Source: Eledone cirrhosa
Lineage: Eukaryota
Direction of reading: 5' to 3'
Assembly: GCA_964016885.1 (NCBI GenBank)
Contig: OZ024741.1
Span: forward strand, 112,530,001 to 112,594,000
Length of the DNA: 64,000 bases
Shown here: one piece after another, positions 1 to 11,791 of the stretch
Layout of the letters: every line of letters starts with the position of its first letter
Numbering within the stretch: the stretch's first letter is position 1
The notes under the pieces: model-generated
Databases searched by the model: none
Told to the model about the DNA's origin: nothing
The model's input: the letters and a program-made list of their open reading frames with translations, nothing else
Made by a program: the position numbers and the translations under genes

Positions 1-809
1 GTCCCATTTATGTCATGATTTACCATTTTTTCCCATTTGGTTCTGGCTCCTCTATACACTCTGATTTTATCTCTCTGATTGTAGCCAGAGAACTGCATAC
101 GGTGGATGAAGTGTTGTATGTGTCTCTCTAGTTCTTCGGGGTTGCACATGCGGGACACGTTTCTCATCACCCGTACCAAATCCGCAATCAGTATGTTGAT
201 TTTGGTATGGTCCGAAACGGCCGAGTTTCGGTGGATCAGATGTTTGGAAGTCATGGGTTTGGCATAATGGGAATGGAGGATTTGTTTTTTGTTATTAATG
301 GTATCTAACCAGAGCTCTGTGTCTAGTACAGGTAATCGATGGTTGGGGTGTTTACTTGGGTAGTCTATAGTAACTCTAATGCTCCGGTGGATGGAGTTAG
401 CTATTTACTGGATGCTTTCCATTGTGTTTTTCTCTAGTTCCTGACTGTTCTCTAGTGGGGGTGTCTTAACTACGATCTTTATATCATCAACGTAGCGGGA
501 GTACATTATCAGGGTTAAGGGGTCTTCTAATTGTTCTTTAAGCTTAAGTTTAAGTCTACTGTCCCACCATACCATGAATAAGTTAGCTATGTCGCCTGCA
601 ATGCTAATACCAATGGCTGCTCCTTCCTCTTGGGCATATGTTTTTCCATTAAATTTGAACATATGTTCCTTAAGGGTTAGTTTTATGCTGGCGCCTACCG
701 CATGTGCAATCATTTTCTTCAGTTCATCGTGGTTTTCGGGTGTCCGTATGACTCTTGTCCACCCGTTCCATCTATCTGTGTGGGTTTTCTTGGCCATTGA
801 GGTTATGGT
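1..809 (-). mobile_element. Penelope-like element reverse transcriptase fragment (disabled; continues beyond the left edge)
   Basis: ORF 405-959 contains HMFKFNGKTYAQEEGAAIG...ANLFM...YSRYVDDI. After the stop at 405-407 the same frame continues with DYPSKHPNHRLPVLD...HYAKPM (PLE RT/thumb motifs). Confidence 0.85.
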
Positions 810-1075
810 AGGCGACATAGCTAACTTATTCATGGTATGGTGGGACAGTAGACTAGAACATAAACACACACAGACACCCGGATGTGGCGCATGCGCAGAC
901 TGAGCACACAACACACACACAGAAACAAAATGGCGTAGGACAGAACAAAGGAGAGGCACAGAAACAAAGAAAGGAATCCCCAGTCACTGAAGAGGTCACA
1001 GAGTGTGTGACGAAAGAACTATGACAATATATAAACAACTATCTGGTTGTGGAACCAACCAACCAACCAGAAATT
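810..1075 (+). mobile_element. Inverted segment of the same PLE: 45-bp RT piece fused to pLTR-like sequence
   Basis: 810-854 is the exact reverse complement of 553-597. It is followed by non-coding sequence carrying an HHR motif. Confidence 0.65.
983..1025 (+). ncRNA. Minimal type I hammerhead ribozyme motif
   Basis: gtca-CTGAAGA-g-gtcaca(gagtg)tgtgac-GAAA-gaac-TA-tgac. Stem I gtca/tgac, 6-bp stem II, very short stem III, CUA cleavage triplet. Confidence 0.75.
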
Positions 1076-1218
1076 TATAAATTTATTATAATAATAAATT
1101 GAAGTGAAAGCAACTGGTGCGTGTGTTTCTTATTGGCAACATGACCCTCCCAAAGTATAACAATATCGGTTTCAACACACGATTTCAGATAAAGAATCTT
1201 GCTAAACAAATTCAGAAA

Positions 1219-1258
<40 letters not shown>

Positions 1259-1420
1259 CAATTACAGAGATAGCTTAACGCTAAACTCCGACTGGTAACC
1301 ATCTCACTCAACAAACATTAGGTTATATGTTAGTATAACCCAATTTAAGTGTTTGGGGTGCTAACTATATGTATTTTGTGGAAAGCCAGTTGTATTATTT
1401 TATGAGATATAATTAAAGTT

Positions 1421-1477
<57 letters not shown>

Positions 1478-1482
<5 letters not shown>

Positions 1483-1637
1483 AGGTTAATAATAACGTTC
1501 GCGAAAATGAAAGTAGGTTTTCTGACAAGTGAATGTGTTTGTTTGTTTTTTTACAATGAAAGTCACGATACAGTTTGTTTATTTACAACAGGTCTCTATA
1601 GTGATATGGTGTTAATTAGTATTGCGTGTGTGATTAT
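1478..1637. repeat. Merlin left TIR
   Basis: Reverse complement of 3092-3252 with only about 2 substitutions plus a homopolymer length difference. Confidence 0.92.
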
Positions 1638-1779
1638 GTTTTCTTTTTCTTTTTTTGTGTATTGTGTGTACGGAAAATGACATTGTGTGCTGAAAGAAAT
1701 ACATTTTTTTAAAATAAATACATAGTTAGACGTTTGTTGCATATAACATATAAATTGACGTACCTTATCAACATCCTTA

Positions 1780-2754
1780 TTAGACCGTATAAATAGCTGA
1801 AATGCAGTTGATCATCTCGCCAAATTTGTTGGCACCAACTCTCTGCCGCCAAAGAAATTCGGCTAAATATGAGGGGAATAAATCGTCGCTTGTCCCATGT
1901 TGTCGACGAAGCTTTTTCTTCGCACGGCTCCAAGTGTTCTCTATGAGTTGTGTGTGCACATTAGGGTCTTCAGGATCGACAAAGTTCCGTTGGTGCACAA
2001 CAATATCATGGAGGTAAATGCCACCTTGAATTTCTTCAATATCAGAATAGGAAGCCCAACCATCGGACATGATGTGGCTTCCTGGCGAAATCCATTCCTG
2101 TATGATGGGGACAAGAGTCTCACGGCTTCGATCTGGGACTTCGATGAGGCAGCAGCGTCCAGAATGGCGTTCTACAGCGCCGAACACCCAGTGGCCTTGT
2201 CTCCACTGGCCACGATGATACTTTCTATGAAAGTATTTTGATTCGTCGATCTCTACAATGATCGACGAACCATTCTCATCGAATCCTCCAAACTGTTGAG
2301 GATTCGCCTCCAAATACTGCTCACAGATTTCTCTAAGGAAATTGCACCAGTCTATTATTGTCGACTTGCTAAGCCCTGTTTCTCTCATCATCTCAGTTTG
2401 GGCCTGATCGTTGCACCACATATACATAATGCCAATAAGTTGTTCGAGTCGAAGATGGCTTCGATAAAATATAGAGTTCCGTCGCACCGATTGACAAAAT
2501 GTGTCGCGGCAGCATCGCCATCTCCATTTATCAATCCCCTCAGAATATCTTCTCAGTGTGCACGCCTCATTGCAGAGAGGACAAATCACACTGTTCGCCA
2601 ACAGACGCCGACTCACAAACCACTCTAACATACATAACGTGTCACCGTGTATCGCCGGACACAGCGTATATATTGTTTCAAAGCGCTCAACAATAGCATT
2701 AGTATCCAAAATATCTTCAACTAACTTAACGCGACCAACCACTCGTCCAGCCAT
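1780..2754 (-). CDS. Merlin/ISXO2-like DDE transposase, 324 aa
   Basis: N-terminal Zn ribbon (CPLC...WRC...C), HTH-like region (TGLSKSTIIDWCNFLRE), and catalytic VEIDES / IMSDGW / HTQLIENTW motifs plus GHWVFGAVER and YLAEFLWR. No stops or frameshifts. Confidence 0.92.
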   Translation of the reverse strand: MAGRVVGRVKLVEDILDTNAIVERFETIYTLCPAIHGDTLCMLEWFVSRRLLANSVICPLCNEACTLRRYSEGIDKWRWRCCRDTFCQSVRRNSIFYRSHLRLEQLIGIMYMWCNDQAQTEMMRETGLSKSTIIDWCNFLREICEQYLEANPQQFGGFDENGSSIIVEIDESKYFHRKYHRGQWRQGHWVFGAVERHSGRCCLIEVPDRSRETLVPIIQEWISPGSHIMSDGWASYSDIEEIQGGIYLHDIVVHQRNFVDPEDPNVHTQLIENTWSRAKKKLRRQHGTSDDLFPSYLAEFLWRQRVGANKFGEMINCISAIYTV

Positions 2755-3091
2755 ATTTGATGTGATACTGTATTAGAATCCAGCCCTTCGGTGCTTCGTT
2801 TAAAAAATAAAAAATTTTCCCAGCCCTTCTGACGCCTATCTGCCTTTCTGACCCCAAGCTGCCCCTCTGACCCAAATCCCTTATCATTCTCTGTCCTTCT
2901 TATGACGCGGCCTTAATTTCTTTGGGGGACAGATAGTTGGTGCCAACTTTGGCAAGATATTACAAAAACATCTAAACGATGATGATGACACAAACACATA
3001 TATATATACAAACACACATATATATATACATACAGACACACATATATATACACACATATACACACCCACACACATATATATATAAGAGAAA

Positions 3092-3250
3092 ATAATCACA
3101 CACGCAATACTAATTAACACCATATCACTATAGAGACCTGTTGTAAATAAACAAACTGTATCGTAACTTTCAATGTAAAAAAAACAAACAAACACATTCA
3201 CTTGTCAGAAAACCTACTTTCATTTTCGCGAACGTTATTATTAACCTATG

Positions 3251-3252
<2 letters not shown>
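3092..3252. repeat. Merlin right TIR
   Basis: Ends ...ttaacctatgcc, inverted relative to 1478. Confidence 0.92.
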
Positions 3253-3285
<33 letters not shown>

Positions 3286-3319
3286 CACAAGAATCAAAGC
3301 TATGTCCAAAGCATTTATT

Positions 3320-3366
3320 CACTTACAATTGTTTCATCCAAACCTAGGTTTGGAGTCTTCGGAGCA
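3320..3366 (-). ncRNA. Hammerhead ribozyme-like motif with U4C core, in an orphan pLTR-like segment
   Basis: Minus strand tgct-CCGAAGA-c-tccaaac(ctag)gtttgga-t-GAAA-caattg-TA-agtg, followed by aataaa. Stem III acaattgt is palindromic. Confidence 0.6.
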
Positions 3367-3978
3367 TTTTTCAGTGTTTGTACACATAATTGATCTCCTT
3401 TCCAACGCAAGAGACATACAGATACATACATATATATATTGATGTCCAGTGGAGTGACATATATTATATTATATTATTTCTGTATAGCAATTCAAATTCA
3501 AAATCAAAATCAAAATTAAAATTAAAACAAAATTAAAACAAAATTAAAATACATTCGGCAGTTAACATAGATAATGCAAGAGGATAGTTTGTTAGTCAGA
3601 TGTAGTAGTCATTGTATGCGTTAGTTACGTATGTCTCATTTATATATGATTATTGTGTGGCAGGGTGTTACATGTAATACAAGCACTTTAAGCAGGTAAG
3701 TAAGAGTATTATGGAGGTTGTAGTAAGGTATTTTTTTAATATATAATAAAAAAAAGTATGTGTGCAGAAAAATAAAAATAAAAAGGAGAAGCAAAAGAAA
3801 GTTATGGATTCTTGTGAATTCTATATAACTGCTCTGTAGAACAACTGATGTTATTACATTGAGCTATTTATCTTACTGGTAATAAGATAGTAATAAATTA
3901 CTGACCTTCACTGTTTAGGGTTTAAAATATATATAACTATAAAAAGTTTTAGTATATACATAACCATAAATAGTATCC

Positions 3979-4047
<69 letters not shown>

Positions 4048-4184
4048 GGAGGCATATGGCTTAGTGGTTAGAGCCTTGCAATCGAAAGGTTGTGAGTTCA
4101 ATTCTCAGACCGGGTGATGTGTTGTTTCCTTGAGAAAGACACTTTATTTCACATTGCTCCAGTTTACTCAACTGTAGAAATGAG
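4048..4184 (+). mobile_element. tRNA-derived SINE (5' part)
   Basis: Pol III A box tggcttagtgg and B box gagttcaattc, followed by a gtgttgtttccttgagaaagacactt central motif. Confidence 0.75.
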
Positions 4185-4216
4185 ATGATAGGACTGGGGT
4201 CCCTATCATTCCACTG

Positions 4217-4482
4217 CAAAGTGGTTGTGGAGGTGCCACGGCAAAAAAAGCACCCAGCCCACACTGTAAAAGTGGACGTGTAGGCGCCACGGAAAAAAAG
4301 CACCCAGCACTCATTGTAAATGAGGTTGGTGTTAGGAAGGGCATCCAGCTGTAGAAATCAAGCCAGAATCAGTTCCCGTATGAGCAAGACAAGGTCAGCT
4401 GACCAGACACTGCCCACAACAGGTCAACTCGTCTAACCCATGCTAGCGTGGAAGAACGGACGTAAAATGGGGATGATGATGA
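4217..4482 (+). mobile_element. RTE LINE 3' UTR fragment with (GAT)n tail
   Basis: Matches the reverse complement of the RTE 3' ends at 7285-7550, 11792-12000 and 40806-41070. Confidence 0.8.
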
Positions 4483-4668
4483 TATGCACGTACTGTTCCT
4501 CTCCAACAGATCATTTTCCCCTCTCGGAAAACCCCCGTAGTTGATGGATGCGAAATCTGAAATATAGGGACAAAGCAGGGAAAAGCGGACGTAAAAATGA
4601 TGATGATGATAATGATGATATATATATATATATATAAGATCAAAAGATGGTTAAAGGAGTTCCATGTA

Positions 4669-4735
4669 TTTTATTATGCGCATTTCAAAAACAAACATCA
4701 TCATGCAGTAATATTTGTGTTTTCATCAGATAAAA
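4669..4735 (-). ncRNA. Hammerhead ribozyme (intact core)
   Basis: tttat-CTGATGA-aaacacaaatatt...gatgtttgttttt-GAAA-tgcgca-TA-ataaa. Stem III atgcgcat is palindromic. Confidence 0.75.
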
Positions 4736-6761
4736 CAGGAGAACATGATATGAAGGCTAAAAAACACTTGTGGATAGTGCAGTTTTAAATCAACATATGA
4801 AAAGTGGTTTTAGATTGATGTGTGATATTGGGAAAAATATTTTATTTAGAGAGGGGTGGGGGGGGGAAGGATGAAAAGGGAAGGAGATGAAAGGGAGAGA
4901 TGGGTGATAGAGAGAAAGAGATAGTTTTTATAACTGAGAGGAGATATATTGTTTTACATAGAGAGGTTGAAAACCGTTGGAAGATAATGTATAAATTAAA
5001 AATTTTGAAAATTAACGAAGGGAGGATATGTGCGAGGAAAAAATATTTTATTTAGGGAGGGGGGGTGGAAAGGATGAAAAAAAGGGGGAGGAGATGAGAG
5101 TGAAGGTGGAGAGGGAGAGATGGGTGATAGAGAGAAAGAGATAGTTTTTATAACTGAGAAAAAGATATATTGTTTTAACATAGAGAGGTTGGGAATCGTT
5201 GGAAGATAATGTATAAATTAAAGGAATTTGAAAATTAACGAAGGGAAATTATGTATGAAGATAGAGAGAAAAAAATAATAATTGTGGATGAATATTCTAA
5301 CGTCAATTTATTATAGAATCTAGGTTAGAGATAATGGTAAATTTTTCATTTAGGCAGAGATTACAGATTTTAGATAGAGAGCTGTTCAAGTATGAGGATG
5401 CAGAAGAAATCTTCCAAAAGATGGTATATTTAATGTTTTTGTCTTTTAAGGACCATATGAGTTCTGAGAGAGCAGTGTTAGTTCTTTTAAGTTTGTATTT
5501 GAAAGATGAATGATGATTATAGAGACGAGCTTTAAAAGAGGTGGAAGTGGAGCCAAAATAGGTGAAGGAATTGGTGCTAGTTATAATTTTACATTCATAA
5601 ATTAAGTTTTTATCGAGACAATGGTTGTTGAGAGGACATTTAACATTATCTCTAACCTAGATTCTATAATAAATAGACGCACAGATTTGTTTTCTATCTG
5701 CCTGCATAAATTCCATAGAACTTTTCACAAAGTATACAGTTAATATTCAATTCTTTATCAATTTAGAATCTTTTCTCAAAGGCACATATACATACACCTC
5801 TTTAAAATATACCCATCTACCTTACTTTAAAGGGCATTATACACTCTATAATACTTGTTTACTCATTACCCTCATTCTATCTTCACCTTGTAAAATCATA
5901 ACATATACATTTGTTTTGACGTTAGAATATTCATCCGCAATCATTATTATTTTTTCTCTCTATCATAAATCTTTTTAATCTCAATTTCATCCTTAATTTA
6001 TTATTTTTTTCTCCCCATCAACGAACTCATTATTAATACATATCAACTCTTTATTCGCATATATTATCAATTCCTTCAATATACAAACTTTAACTTCACA
6101 TTATTTTTCTCAAATCCTTCTACACACAAACATTAATAATTTTTCTCTTCGTTAATTTTGAAATTGCCACAATACATACATTTCTTTTTTTGACGTTAGA
6201 ATATTCATCCACAATTATTATTTTTTTTCTCTCTATCTTCATACATAATTTCCCTTCGTTAATTTTCAAATTCCTTTAATTTATACATTATCTTCCAACG
6301 GTTCCCAACCTCTCTATGTTAAAACAATATATCTTTTTCTCAGTTATAAAAACTATCTCTTTCTCTCTATCACCCATCTCTCCCTCTCCACCTTCACTCT
6401 CATCTCCTCCCCCTTTTTTCATCCTTTCCACCACCCCTCCCTAAATAAAATATTTTTTCCTCGCACATATCCTCCCTTCGTTAATTTTCAAAATTTTTAA
6501 TTTATACATTATCTTCCAACGGTTTTCAACCTCTCTATGTAAAACAATATATCTCCTCTCAGTTATAAAAACTATCTCTTTCTCTCTATCACCCATCTCT
6601 CCCTCTCATCTCCTTCCCTTTTCATCCTTTCCACCCCCCACCCCTCTCTAAATAAAATATTTTTCCCAATATCACACATCAATCTAAAACCGCTTTTCAT
6701 ATGTTGATTTAAAACTGCACTATCCACAAGTGTTTTTTAGCCTTCATATCATGTTCTCCTG

Positions 6762-6828
6762 TTTTATCTGATAAAAACACAAATATTACTGCATGATGAT
6801 GTTTGTTTTTGAAATGCGCATAATAAAA
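6762..6828 (+). ncRNA. Hammerhead ribozyme copy with G8A core change
   Basis: Inverted copy of 4669-4735, but the core reads CTGATAA (6768-6774). Confidence 0.65.
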
Positions 6829-6951
6829 TACATGGAACTCCTTTAACCATCTTTTGATCTTATATTATGCATACTCCAGTCCTACAAACTGTAGAGTGCT
6901 TCTTATCCGATATCTGCATTGCTTTATTGTACTACAATAAAACGCACCTCC

Positions 6952-7014
<63 letters not shown>

Positions 7015-7284
7015 TGGTCGTTTTGGAAGCCTCAACAATGCAGATGGGTAAATCTCCGAGTAACAGAATCCGGTAGTGAAGAGAGAGATGTAAGAGGAAA
7101 TGTAGAATGAGATGTATAGTGTGTAGAGGAACGTAGGAAAGAGCGTAAAAAATAAAAATAATAACGCGAGATAGAGTTACCTGGGAAAGATTTAATTGTC
7201 CCTATATTTCAGATTTTGCATCCATCAACTGGAGGGTTTTCCGAGGGGGGAAAGTTATCTGTTGGAGAGGAACGGTACGTGCAT

Positions 7285-8127
7285 ATCATCATCATCCCCA
7301 TTTTACGTCCGTTCTTCCATGCTAGCATGGGTTAGACGAGTTGTCCTGTTATGGGCAGTGTCTGCTCAGCTGACCTTGTCTTGCTCATACGGGAACTGAT
7401 TCTGGCTTGATTTCTACAGATGGATCCCCTTCCTAACACCAACCTCATTTACAGTTAGTGCTGGCTGCTTTTTTTCCGTGGTGCCTACAGGTCCACTTTA
7501 CAGTGTGGGCTGGGTGCTTTTTTGCTGTGGCGCATACACGACCACTTTGAAGTCGGAGGGTGGGGGCATATTGTCTATATGCTTCAGCTTCGGCTTGTAC
7601 CCGTGGGGAGTCGGGTTTTCTGTATTACTGCGTGACGTCAGAGGTCACGGTCGTGTGTTATTGCCTTTGAGAGGTGCAATTGGGTAAGGTCGGCTTTTAT
7701 CACCTAATCCCAGGTCTTCTTGGGTTTCCCCACTCCGCAGCTTCCATCGACTTCTAGTACTCTGCACCTTTTTATGCAGCTGTCATCCTTCATACGCATC
7801 ACATGCCCATACCAATACAACCTTCTCTCCTGCACACAGCATTTGATTCTTCTTATGCTCAATTTCTCTCTCAATTCATTTATGCTTTTCCGTTCGCGTA
7901 TATTACTATTACACATCCATCGGAGCATTCAGGCTTCGTTTCTTTCTAATCTACGCAAGTCTTCTACAAACAGCGCCAGGGTAACACTACCATGTAACAT
8001 TGCTGTTCGTATACACGCATCATACAGTCTGCCTTTCATTTTGAGGGAAAAGAATTTTGCAGCTAGCAGTGGCAGTAGCTCCCTGAACTTCTACCATCCC
8101 GTTCTTATCCTAGTTGTTGTACTTTCC
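7285..8127 (-). mobile_element. RTE LINE, 5'-truncated (RT C-terminus and 3' UTR)
   Basis: MLRWMCNS...ERRLYWYGHVMRM...GKPKKTW, plus (GAT)n tail. Same family as 11792-15150. Confidence 0.9.
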
Positions 8128-8345
8128 GATATATATATGCATATACATATATATATGTGTGTGTGTAGGTAACACGGTAAAAAATTCCCAGTCCACACTG
8201 TAAATGTGGTTGGTGTTAGGAAGGGAAAACCTGCCAGATAGTCCTATATGAGCGAGACATGGTCACCCGACCAACCTTGCCTCAAGTGGACAATTCCCGT
8301 TAAACCCATGCTGGCGTGGAAGATGGACGTACACGATGATGATGA

Positions 8346-8473
8346 TGTATATATGTATATATGTGTATATATATATATGTATATATGTATATATATGTAT
8401 ATATATATATGTATATATATGTGTATATATATATATGTATATATATGTGTATATATATATATGTATATATAGG

Positions 8474-8543
<70 letters not shown>

Positions 8544-8700
8544 TATATATATATGTATGTATATATATGTTTATATATATGTATATATATACATATATAT
8601 AAATATATATATACATATATACATATATATATGTATGTATATGTATGTATATATGTATGTATATATGTATGTATATGTATGTATATATGTATGTATATAT
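8346..8700. repeat. (TA)n/(TATG)n compound microsatellite, representative of many in the window (e.g. 10324-10697, 11582-11791, 15857-16180, 23391-23763, 24762-24964)
   Basis: Direct reading. Confidence 0.95.
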
Positions 8701-10323
8701 ATTTATCTCTTTCTCTTAATTTTGAGTATATTTTTTGACCGGCCACCTTCTTGGTGGCAAGGTTGTAAAAGAAAAGCAATTGTCATCCCTTTAATCGCAA
8801 GAATGTTTTGAAAATTTTGAAGGTGCCAGCTATCGCAGCCATTTGTAGACTATATATTAGAGATCTGCGCTCTTGGTCCGCAAATCCAAGTTCAGTCATA
8901 CATTGGTCCAAGCGGGTTGGTATATAACCCGTAGCTCCAATAATGATGGGTATGAAGTTAAAGGTGGATCTTGGGTACTGGATTTGTAAACTCCTCATCA
9001 ATAGTCCGTAGATGTCCTCCTTCTCCTGTATTTTTCTGACAACATTTACATCAAGTGGGCAGCTGATCTCCACAACAGAACACGTTTTCAATGTGTGGTC
9101 CCAAACAACAATATCAGGCCGGTTGTGCCTTAATTTGGTGGCAGTTTTTATTTTCAGGTTCCACCAGTATTCCTTAGTGCCATCTGTCTCAATATATTCT
9201 TCCTCGTTTGTTGTTAATTTTGTTTTCCGAAGTGCGTTCCAGATGGTGTTAGCTATCCCATCGTGTCTCGTGGGGAGGTAGTAGCGAGATGACATTCTTT
9301 TGCAGCTGGCAACAATGTGGCTTAGATCTTTGTTCTTTGTTTTACAACATTTATTGTCAGCTGATGGCCCTCCCCTTTTGTGCAGCAGATATTTGGTAGG
9401 GAGTTTTTGTTCCTGTATTGCATAGAGATATCCCTCAAGGTGTGATGTCATAAACTTGTCGGAACTCCATGCTAGGCTTTTTCTATGGTCTGTGTTTTAT
9501 GTCTCAAGTATCCATGCACAACTTTTTCTGTAAATTGGTCAATTTTTTCATCTTGTTTGAACATTGAATAGGATCTTCCGATTTCTCAGGCTTTATTCCA
9601 TATCTCTCCTCCAGATCAGTGGCTATCCTAATGATATTTTTTTTTCTATGCTCATAATTCTGGGCAATATGGTTGCCAACCTTTTTCCTCTGTTGAAGAT
9701 GTTGCTTCAGTGTTACTATCCGGGTCTCATATGATGTTAATGTGGATTTTAGACCCCGGCCACCTTCCTTGCGTGAGAAGTATAGCCTATCCACATCACC
9801 ATTGATGTTAAAGTTCCCAGTAACACTGAGAAGTTTGCGAGTTCTAACATCCATCATATCTGGGTCCATCATATCTGACATTCCCATTCTGTCCAAGATA
9901 TCTGTAGTTGTCACCTGACTCTAGAGGTTGTATTGTAAGGCCATTCATCTCTAGATTTCTAGAGGAGGACACACTCACCAAATTTCATTTTGATGTCTGT
10001 TGAAAATTGTGTAATGAGGTCCAATTGTTTCTGGATGTCATTGATATTTGGCCCATACAACTTCAGGTCATCAACAAAGAAAAGATGGGAGATACTTCTG
10101 GACCCACTTCTTTGTCCACCTTGTTTCCTGAGTAGGTAAGATAGTGGATTTAGTGAGAGAACGAAGAGTAGCACTGACAAGCTATCACCCTGAAAGATGC
10201 CCTTCTGGTAATGTATCTTATCAGTCTTAACATGCTCCTTCTCACCTCTAATGATCAAATTGGTGTACCAGTTCTTGGTCAGACGTTCAACAACAGCTAC
10301 CAGTGGTTGTGGGACTTTGGCTA
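8701..10323 (-). mobile_element. R4/Dong-clade non-LTR retrotransposon family A, truncated and internally deleted
   Basis: RT motifs GIFQGDSLS and FFVDDLKLY. Restriction-like endonuclease RHDGIA...NRPDIVVWD...VVEISCP...KEDIY. Short 3' UTR abuts (TA)n. Confidence 0.85.
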
Positions 10324-10875
10324 ACATATATGTATGTATATATGTATGTAGGTATATATGTATGTATATAAATATATATATATATGTATATATGTATATA
10401 TATATATGTACGTATGTATATACATGTATATATATGTATATATGTATGTATGTATGTATGCATATGTATGTATATATATATATATATGTATGTATATATA
10501 TGTATCTATATATATGTATGTATATGTATGTATATATATGTATGTATATGTATGTATATGTATATATGTATGTATATGTATGTATATGTATATATATGTA
10601 TGTATATGTATGTATATGTATATATGTATGTATATGTATGTATATGTATGTATGTATATATATGTATATATATTTGTATATATGTATGTATATATAATTT
10701 TGGTTATCGTGTTGAGCTTTTAAATCTGTGGATAAAATCTCTCTCTGGATTTTTTTAATTGAGTTTGAATTATTTTCCCACATCTTACGTTAAATATTTT
10801 CCATTTTGACGTTATAGTCATTTATATATTATGAAATACTGTTGGCTTCTTGCTCACAATAATTTCTCTACTTTC

Positions 10876-10939
10876 GGTAAAATAAAGTCCCAGTAATGCA
10901 CTGGGTAATTGCTGGCCTTGTGCCTAACGTAGAAACAAT
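10876..10939 (+). mobile_element. 5'-truncated SINE tail with 16-bp target-site duplication
   Basis: Matches the SINE 3' end at ~50145-50205. Flanked by taatttctctactttc at 10860-10875 and 10940-10955. Confidence 0.85.
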
Positions 10940-11624
10940 TAATTTCTCTACTTTCATTTATATTTATACTCGGAATTATTTCTAGAGTGCTTAAAATTAT
11001 TTGTGACTAATCCCGGTCTTTAAAAAAAAAAACCCGCGATAATATTGCTATATGCTGAACTCCATACTTTTGATAATTTTTTTTCGGAATGTTTTTGACT
11101 GCTGTTTTTTGTAAACAAACATTCCTCTCATTCTGACGTCACCAGCCATCTTTCTCCATGTGTGTTTATTTTCATAATTCCGCACGAGGTGAACTAGCCT
11201 GCTTTTAAATTCCCTTTCTGGCATATTTTGGCATGGCTTTGGTTATCGTGTTGAGCTCTACTGATCAACGACTCCAACCGTGACTAATCCCACTGAAAAG
11301 TTTCGTGAAATAGTCTTTTTAAGACTATATAGAACATTTGTAGTTTTTCCAAATTGAAGGATGAGTATTTAAACTTTATTTTATTCTGAGTTAAGACTCT
11401 ATTGGTTTTTGCCCTGGATTTCACAAAATCTGTGGATAAAATCTGTCTTGATTTTTTTAAAATTGAGTTTGAATTATTTTCCCATATCTTACGTTAAATA
11501 TTTTCCATTTTGACGTTATAGTCACTTATATATTATGAAATACTGTTGGCTTCTTGCTCACATTAATTTCTCTACTTTCATTTATATATATATGTATATA
11601 TATATATAATTATATGTATCTATG

Positions 11625-11657
<33 letters not shown>

Positions 11658-11791
11658 GTATATGTATGTATGTATGTATGTATGTATATATATGTATGTA
11701 TATGTATGTATGTATATGTATGTATATATGTATGTATATATGTATGTATATGTATGTATACATATGTATGTATATATGTATGTATATATGT

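Larger units (their letters stand above)
1478..3252 (-). mobile_element. Merlin (IS1016/ISXO2-like) DNA transposon, apparently full length
   Basis: ~160-bp TIRs beginning GGCATAGG, a single intact DDE transposase ORF, and (TA)n on both flanks. Confidence 0.92.
4632..6950. mobile_element. Rearranged Hydra-type PLE 3' end: GIY-YIG fragment between ~675-bp inverted pLTR copies (4632-5306 / 6190-6865)
   Basis: Minus 5335-5655 translates as KCPLNNHCLDKNLIYECKI...YFGSTSTSFKARLYNH...LSELIWSLK...CNLCLNEK, homologous to ORF 19221-19886. The two arms are near-identical inverted repeats. Confidence 0.8.

Noticed and set aside
7190-7260. Minus-strand ...gaaatataggg...caggtaac resembling a pLTR hammerhead end
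   Set aside because: No CUGANGA box or valid covariant upstream, so it is not counted as an HHR.
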